A stretch of DNA of 19,093 bases from Armatimonadota bacterium (GTDB taxonomy: Bacteria; Sysuimicrobiota; Sysuimicrobiia; Sysuimicrobiales; Humicultoraceae), in NCBI GenBank assembly GCA_037446215.1, contig JBBIJB010000033.1, positions 1 through 19,093 on the forward strand, given 5' to 3'. The notes under the pieces were generated by a model. It worked only from the letters and a program-made list of their open reading frames with translations, had not been told where the DNA came from and did no database searches. Numbering within the stretch: position 1 is the first letter of the stretch; the number at the start of each line of letters is the position of its first letter. A program made the position numbers and the translations under genes. Below, piece by piece: positions 15,802 through 19,093 of the stretch.

Positions 15802-16404
15802 CTACTGCTCGAACCGGAGCCCGTCCACCTTGGTCACAAGCCCCCTGTAGAGGAAGGTCACCTGGCGGATGGAGGAGTGCATGTCAAACGGTGTTAGCGC
15901 CGAGACGGCATCGGTCGGGATGACCACTCCGTAGCCGAGCAGGGCGGCGCTCGCTGCGGTGTGGAGAACACAGACGTTGGCCACGGTACCGCACACTATC
16001 AGCGTGCGGATACCGGCCAGCCGAAGCTCGTGATCCAGGGACGTGGCAAAGAACGCGTCGTATCGAGGCTTCCGTATGACGCGCTCGCCCGGGGCCGGCC
16101 GCAGCTCGGGCACTATCTCCCAACCCCACGTTCCCTCGACCGCGTGGCCCCCCCAGATCGGGAACTCGGGATCGTCGCCGGTATGGGTGTCCTGGGTGAA
16201 GTAGACCCGGAGCCCCTGCCCGCGGGCCAGCTCGAGCAGCCTCGCGATCGCGGGGACCGTCGCCGCGGCCTCGGGCACAACCAAGGCGCCGCCCGGCGTG
16301 ACGAAGTCGTTCTGCATGTCAACCACGACCAGCGCCGTGGTGCTGACCGGAAGGCGTACTTCCTGTTCCAGCTGGTAGTGCGGCACCTCGACTCGCGCGG
16401 CCAT
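15802..16404 (-). CDS. Isochorismatase-family cysteine hydrolase, nicotinamidase-like
   Basis: ATG at 16404 with AGGAGG SD (the longer ORF-track version overlaps ftsH). Asp-Lys-Cys triad motifs VDMQNDF, KPRYDAF, GTVANVCV; metal-binding-like QDTH and WGGH. Confidence 0.9.
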   Translation of the reverse strand: MAARVEVPHYQLEQEVRLPVSTTALVVVDMQNDFVTPGGALVVPEAAATVPAIARLLELARGQGLRVYFTQDTHTGDDPEFPIWGGHAVEGTWGWEIVPELRPAPGERVIRKPRYDAFFATSLDHELRLAGIRTLIVCGTVANVCVLHTAASAALLGYGVVIPTDAVSALTPFDMHSSIRQVTFLYRGLVTKVDGLRFEQ

Positions 16405-16433
16405 GGCCGTCCTCCTGCGATGGGCGGGTGCGC

Positions 16434-18356
16434 CTATCCGGTCGCCTCGGGCTTTGGACTGAGACGCGGAGCCGGACCGTCTGGCGAGGCCCGCCCGTCC
16501 GCGGCTTCGTGTTCGACTTGGGGCGCGGCGGTGGAACCCTCGGCCGGGGGCTGCAACAGGGGCTCGCCCGAGATCAGTCGGTCCAGCTGGTCGGCCTCCA
16601 GGCTCTCGTGCTCTACGAGCGCCTTGGCGATCCGCTCCAGCTGCTCGCGGCGCTCGCCGAGCCCCTCTCGGGCCTGCTCGTAGCACTCATCGATTATCCG
16701 ACGGATCTCCTTGTCTATCTCGTAGGCGATCTCCTCGCTGTAGTTGCGGCTCTCGACGAGGTCGCGGCCGAGGAAGACGGGGCCGTGGCGCTTGCCCAGC
16801 GAGACCGGGCCGAGCTTGCTGCTCATCCCGTACTCGGTAACCATCTTCCTTGCGAGCTCCGTCGCCTGCTCGAAGTCGTTCTGGGCGCCGGTCGTGATCT
16901 CGCCGAAGACGGTCTCCTCCGCCACGCGGCCTCCCAGCCCCACGGTTATGCGGGCCAGGATCTCCTGCCGCGTGTGGGTGTACTTGTCCTCCGGGGGGGC
17001 GAACATAACGTAACCGAGAGCCATCCCCCGCGGCAGGATCGTTACCTTGTGCGGAGGATCCGCTCCGGGAATGACCTTGGCCAGCAGGGCATGGCCGGCC
17101 TCGTGATAGGCGGCCAGCTCCCGCTCCTTGGGGCTGAGGATCCTGCTCCGCCTCTGGGGACCTGCTATGACGCGCTCGATCGCCTCGTCCATCTCGAGCG
17201 CGGTGATCCTCTTCTTGTTGCGCCGCGCCGCCAGCAGCGCGGCCTCGTTGACCGTGTTGGCGAGGTCGGCCCCCGAGAACCCCGGCGTCCGCTTGGCCAG
17301 TGTGTCAAGGTTGACATTCTCTGCCATCGGCTTGCCCTGAACGTGCACGTCGAGGATCGCGCGCCTGCCCTTCGTATCGGGATTGTCGACCACGACCCGC
17401 CTGTCGAAGCGGCCCGGGCGCAGCAGCGCCGGGTCAAGGATGTCCGGTCGGTTCGTCGCCGCGATCACTATGATGCCGCTGTTGGGATCGAAGCCGTCCA
17501 TCTCGACGAGGAGCTGGTTAAGCGTCTGCTCACGTTCGTCGTGGCCGCCGCCCAGACCGGCGCCCCGCTGACGGCCCACGGCGTCGATCTCGTCAATGAA
17601 CACCAGGCAGGGCGCGTTCTTCTTGGCCTGTTCGAATAGGTCCCTGACCCGAGAGGCGCCCACGCCGACGAACATCTCGACGAACTCCGAGCCCGAGATC
17701 GAGAAGAACGGCACCTCGGCCTCTCCCGCGACCGCCCTGGCCAGCAGGGTCTTGCCCGAGCCCGGAGGGCCGACGAGCAGCACCCCGCGCGGGATCTTGG
17801 CGCCGAGGGCCTGGAATTTCTTCGGGAACTTGAGGAAGTCGATGACCTCCTGCAGTTCCTCCTTGGCCTCGTCTACGCCGGCCACGTCCGCGAAGGTGAC
17901 CTTGGGCTTGTTCTCTGTGTGGAGCCGAGCACGGCTCTTCCCGAACGACATCGCCTGATTGCTGCCGGACTGCGCCTGGCGCAGCATCAGCATCCAAAGC
18001 CCGACCAGGAGCAGGATCGGGAGCAGCGTGGAGAGCAGACTGGGCCATAGCGCCGAGCGTGAGCGCGGCTCGACCTTGATCGCGACCCCCGCCGACTTCA
18101 GCAGCTCGATGTACGAGGAATCGCCCGAGGGGACGTAGACCGTGAACTGCGTCCCGCTCTTCAGCCTGCCGATCACGACGCCGTCGCCGATCTCGACCTG
18201 GGCCACCTGCCCGGCCTGGACCTGCTCGATGAACTTGCTGTAGACCATCTCCTCACGCGGGGTCCGCCGCCAAAGCTGGAGAGCGAACGGGAGGGCGACC
18301 GCTAGGACCAGCACCCACACCAGGAGGTTGCGTAGATATCTGTTCGGCACCTGCAT
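16434..18356 (-). CDS. ftsH: ATP-dependent zinc metalloprotease FtsH
   Basis: Two N-terminal TM helices, Walker A GPPGSGKT, pore FVEMFVGVG, Walker [21 protein letters not shown], zinc motif HEAGH, GGRVAEE. Confidence 0.98.
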   Translation of the reverse strand: MQVPNRYLRNLLVWVLVLAVALPFALQLWRRTPREEMVYSKFIEQVQAGQVAQVEIGDGVVIGRLKSGTQFTVYVPSGDSSYIELLKSAGVAIKVEPRSRSALWPSLLSTLLPILLLVGLWMLMLRQAQSGSNQAMSFGKSRARLHTENKPKVTFADVAGVDEAKEELQEVIDFLKFPKKFQALGAKIPRGVLLVGPPGSGKTLLARAVAGEAEVPFFSISGSEFVEMFVGVGASRVRDLFEQAKKNAPCLVFIDEIDAVGRQRGAGLGGGHDEREQTLNQLLVEMDGFDPNSGIIVIAATNRPDILDPALLRPGRFDRRVVVDNPDTKGRRAILDVHVQGKPMAENVNLDTLAKRTPGFSGADLANTVNEAALLAARRNKKRITALEMDEAIERVIAGPQRRSRILSPKERELAAYHEAGHALLAKVIPGADPPHKVTILPRGMALGYVMFAPPEDKYTHTRQEILARITVGLGGRVAEETVFGEITTGAQNDFEQATELARKMVTEYGMSSKLGPVSLGKRHGPVFLGRDLVESRNYSEEIAYEIDKEIRRIIDECYEQAREGLGERREQLERIAKALVEHESLEADQLDRLISGEPLLQPPAEGSTAAPQVEHEAADGRASPDGPAPRLSPKPEATG

Positions 18357-18413
18357 ACCATCCTCTGCGCTGCGAGGCGGGAGCGATCGCCGCCTACGCC
18401 GCGGTCTTCTCTA

Positions 18414-19093
18414 CTATCTTATCATCCGTGACCCCTGCCGCGGCCTCGCGCGGCGGAGCCGCACCTTCCCGCAGGAGAGCTCTGCCCTCAGACCCGGGAG
18501 ATCCGCCCGGTCCGCGGGGTCCTGTCGATCGGCCATCGCCACGACCCTCTCCACATGGACGAACGCGACGCGGCGGATGTTCCCGCCCGCTTCCCGGATC
18601 GCCCTGTGCGCGAGGCGCCGCTGGACCGCCGCGGGCAGCGCCCGCAGCCGGGCGCAGTCGATCTCGACGGTACCGGCTTCGCTGGCGACCACAGCGGGCC
18701 AGGCCTCGGCGGCGATGGCGTCGAGTACTGCGGCATCGGCCGACGCCTGCTCCGAGAGCCTCCGGAGCACGGCCTTGATACCGAGATTGTACCGGGCCAG
18801 GAGCGGAAGCAGTTCGTGGCGGATCCGGTTCCGCAGGGGACCCATCTGCGTGTTCGTGGGGTCCACCCGCCAGGGCACGCGCTCCGCAACCAGGTATTCC
18901 TCCACCTCGCCGCGCCAGAGGTCGGCCAGCGGCCTGATCAGACGAAGCCCCTCGTGGTCGCGCACTGCCGGCATGCCGCTCAAACCGTCGGGGCCCGCTC
19001 CTCGCAACAGCCACAGCAAGACGGTCTCGGCCTGGTCGTCCGCGGTGTGCGCCACCGCCAAGTGGGAGGCGCCCACCCGACGGGCAACCCTGG
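18414..19093 (-). CDS. tilS: tRNA(Ile)-lysidine synthase TilS (5' end outside the window)
   Basis: AHTADDQAETVLLWLLRGAG, LIRPL, WRVDPTN, RNRIRHELLP; frame stays open to the window edge; directly upstream of ftsH; ends in tandem TAG TAG. Confidence 0.95.
   Translation of the reverse strand, partial: RVARRVGASHLAVAHTADDQAETVLLWLLRGAGPDGLSGMPAVRDHEGLRLIRPLADLWRGEVEEYLVAERVPWRVDPTNTQMGPLRNRIRHELLPLLARYNLGIKAVLRRLSEQASADAAVLDAIAAEAWPAVVASEAGTVEIDCARLRALPAAVQRRLAHRAIREAGGNIRRVAFVHVERVVAMADRQDPADRADLPGLRAELSCGKVRLRRARPRQGSRMIR
18416..18424 (-). promoter_or_regulatory. Candidate extended -10 promoter for ftsH at the end of tilS
   Basis: Minus strand TGaTAAGAT (TGnTAnnnT) about 60 nt upstream of the ftsH ATG; no recognisable -35. 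Confidence 0.4.

Noticed and set aside
8769..15897. Plus-strand ORFs 8769..9788, 10801..11589, 11807..12868, 13042..14058 and 14926..15897
   Set aside because: All lie opposite well-supported minus-strand genes and show no family motifs.
3964..16686. ORF-track N-terminal extensions (starts at 5055, 5783, 11415, 16686)
   Set aside because: They overlap upstream genes or the SD itself; downstream starts at 4884, 5639, 11406 and 16404 have good SD sequences or stop/start overlaps.
16428..17639. 403-aa plus-strand ORF
   Set aside because: Antisense shadow of ftsH with no independent coding evidence.
15745..18413. Small GC hairpins in the 15745-15801 and 18357-18413 intergenic gaps
   Set aside because: About 6-bp stems without U tracts or other support; indistinguishable from background.
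1..19093. CRISPR arrays, tRNA/rRNA, IS elements, prophage or defence genes
   Set aside because: No repeat-spacer periodicity, cloverleaf, transposase/integrase motifs or obvious low-GC island; intergenic gaps are at most 216 bp.

Overview
High-GC (roughly 70% by eye) bacterial chromosomal window with 18 protein-coding genes, all on the minus strand. In transcription order (right to left): tilS (5'-partial), ftsH, a nicotinamidase/isochorismatase-family cysteine hydrolase, a secreted 5'-nucleotidase, an ECF transporter S-component, a membrane-anchored hypothetical protein, hutH, hutU, an ASCH-domain protein, ftcD (glutamate formiminotransferase), hutI, two deoxynucleoside kinases (dgk-like, dck-like), birA, an uncharacterised protein, an acyl-ACP-reductase-like protein, greA and clpC (3'-partial, absent from the ORF track). 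No RNA genes, mobile elements or CRISPR arrays were seen. The backbone resembles the Firmicutes-type tilS-ftsH...birA...greA...clpC region, so a high-GC Terrabacteria lineage is a tentative inference. Best leads: (1) an AAR homologue with intact catalytic Cys, no aldehyde-deformylating oxygenase in the window, and an upstream partner that looks like a divergent, Cys-less paralogue; (2) a possible NAD/nucleoside scavenging module whose nucleotidase has two changes in one metal site; (3) a YqfB-like ASCH gene inside the hut cluster; (4) structured leaders and alternative-sigma-like promoter motifs. All calls come from motif reading by eye; no database searches were run.
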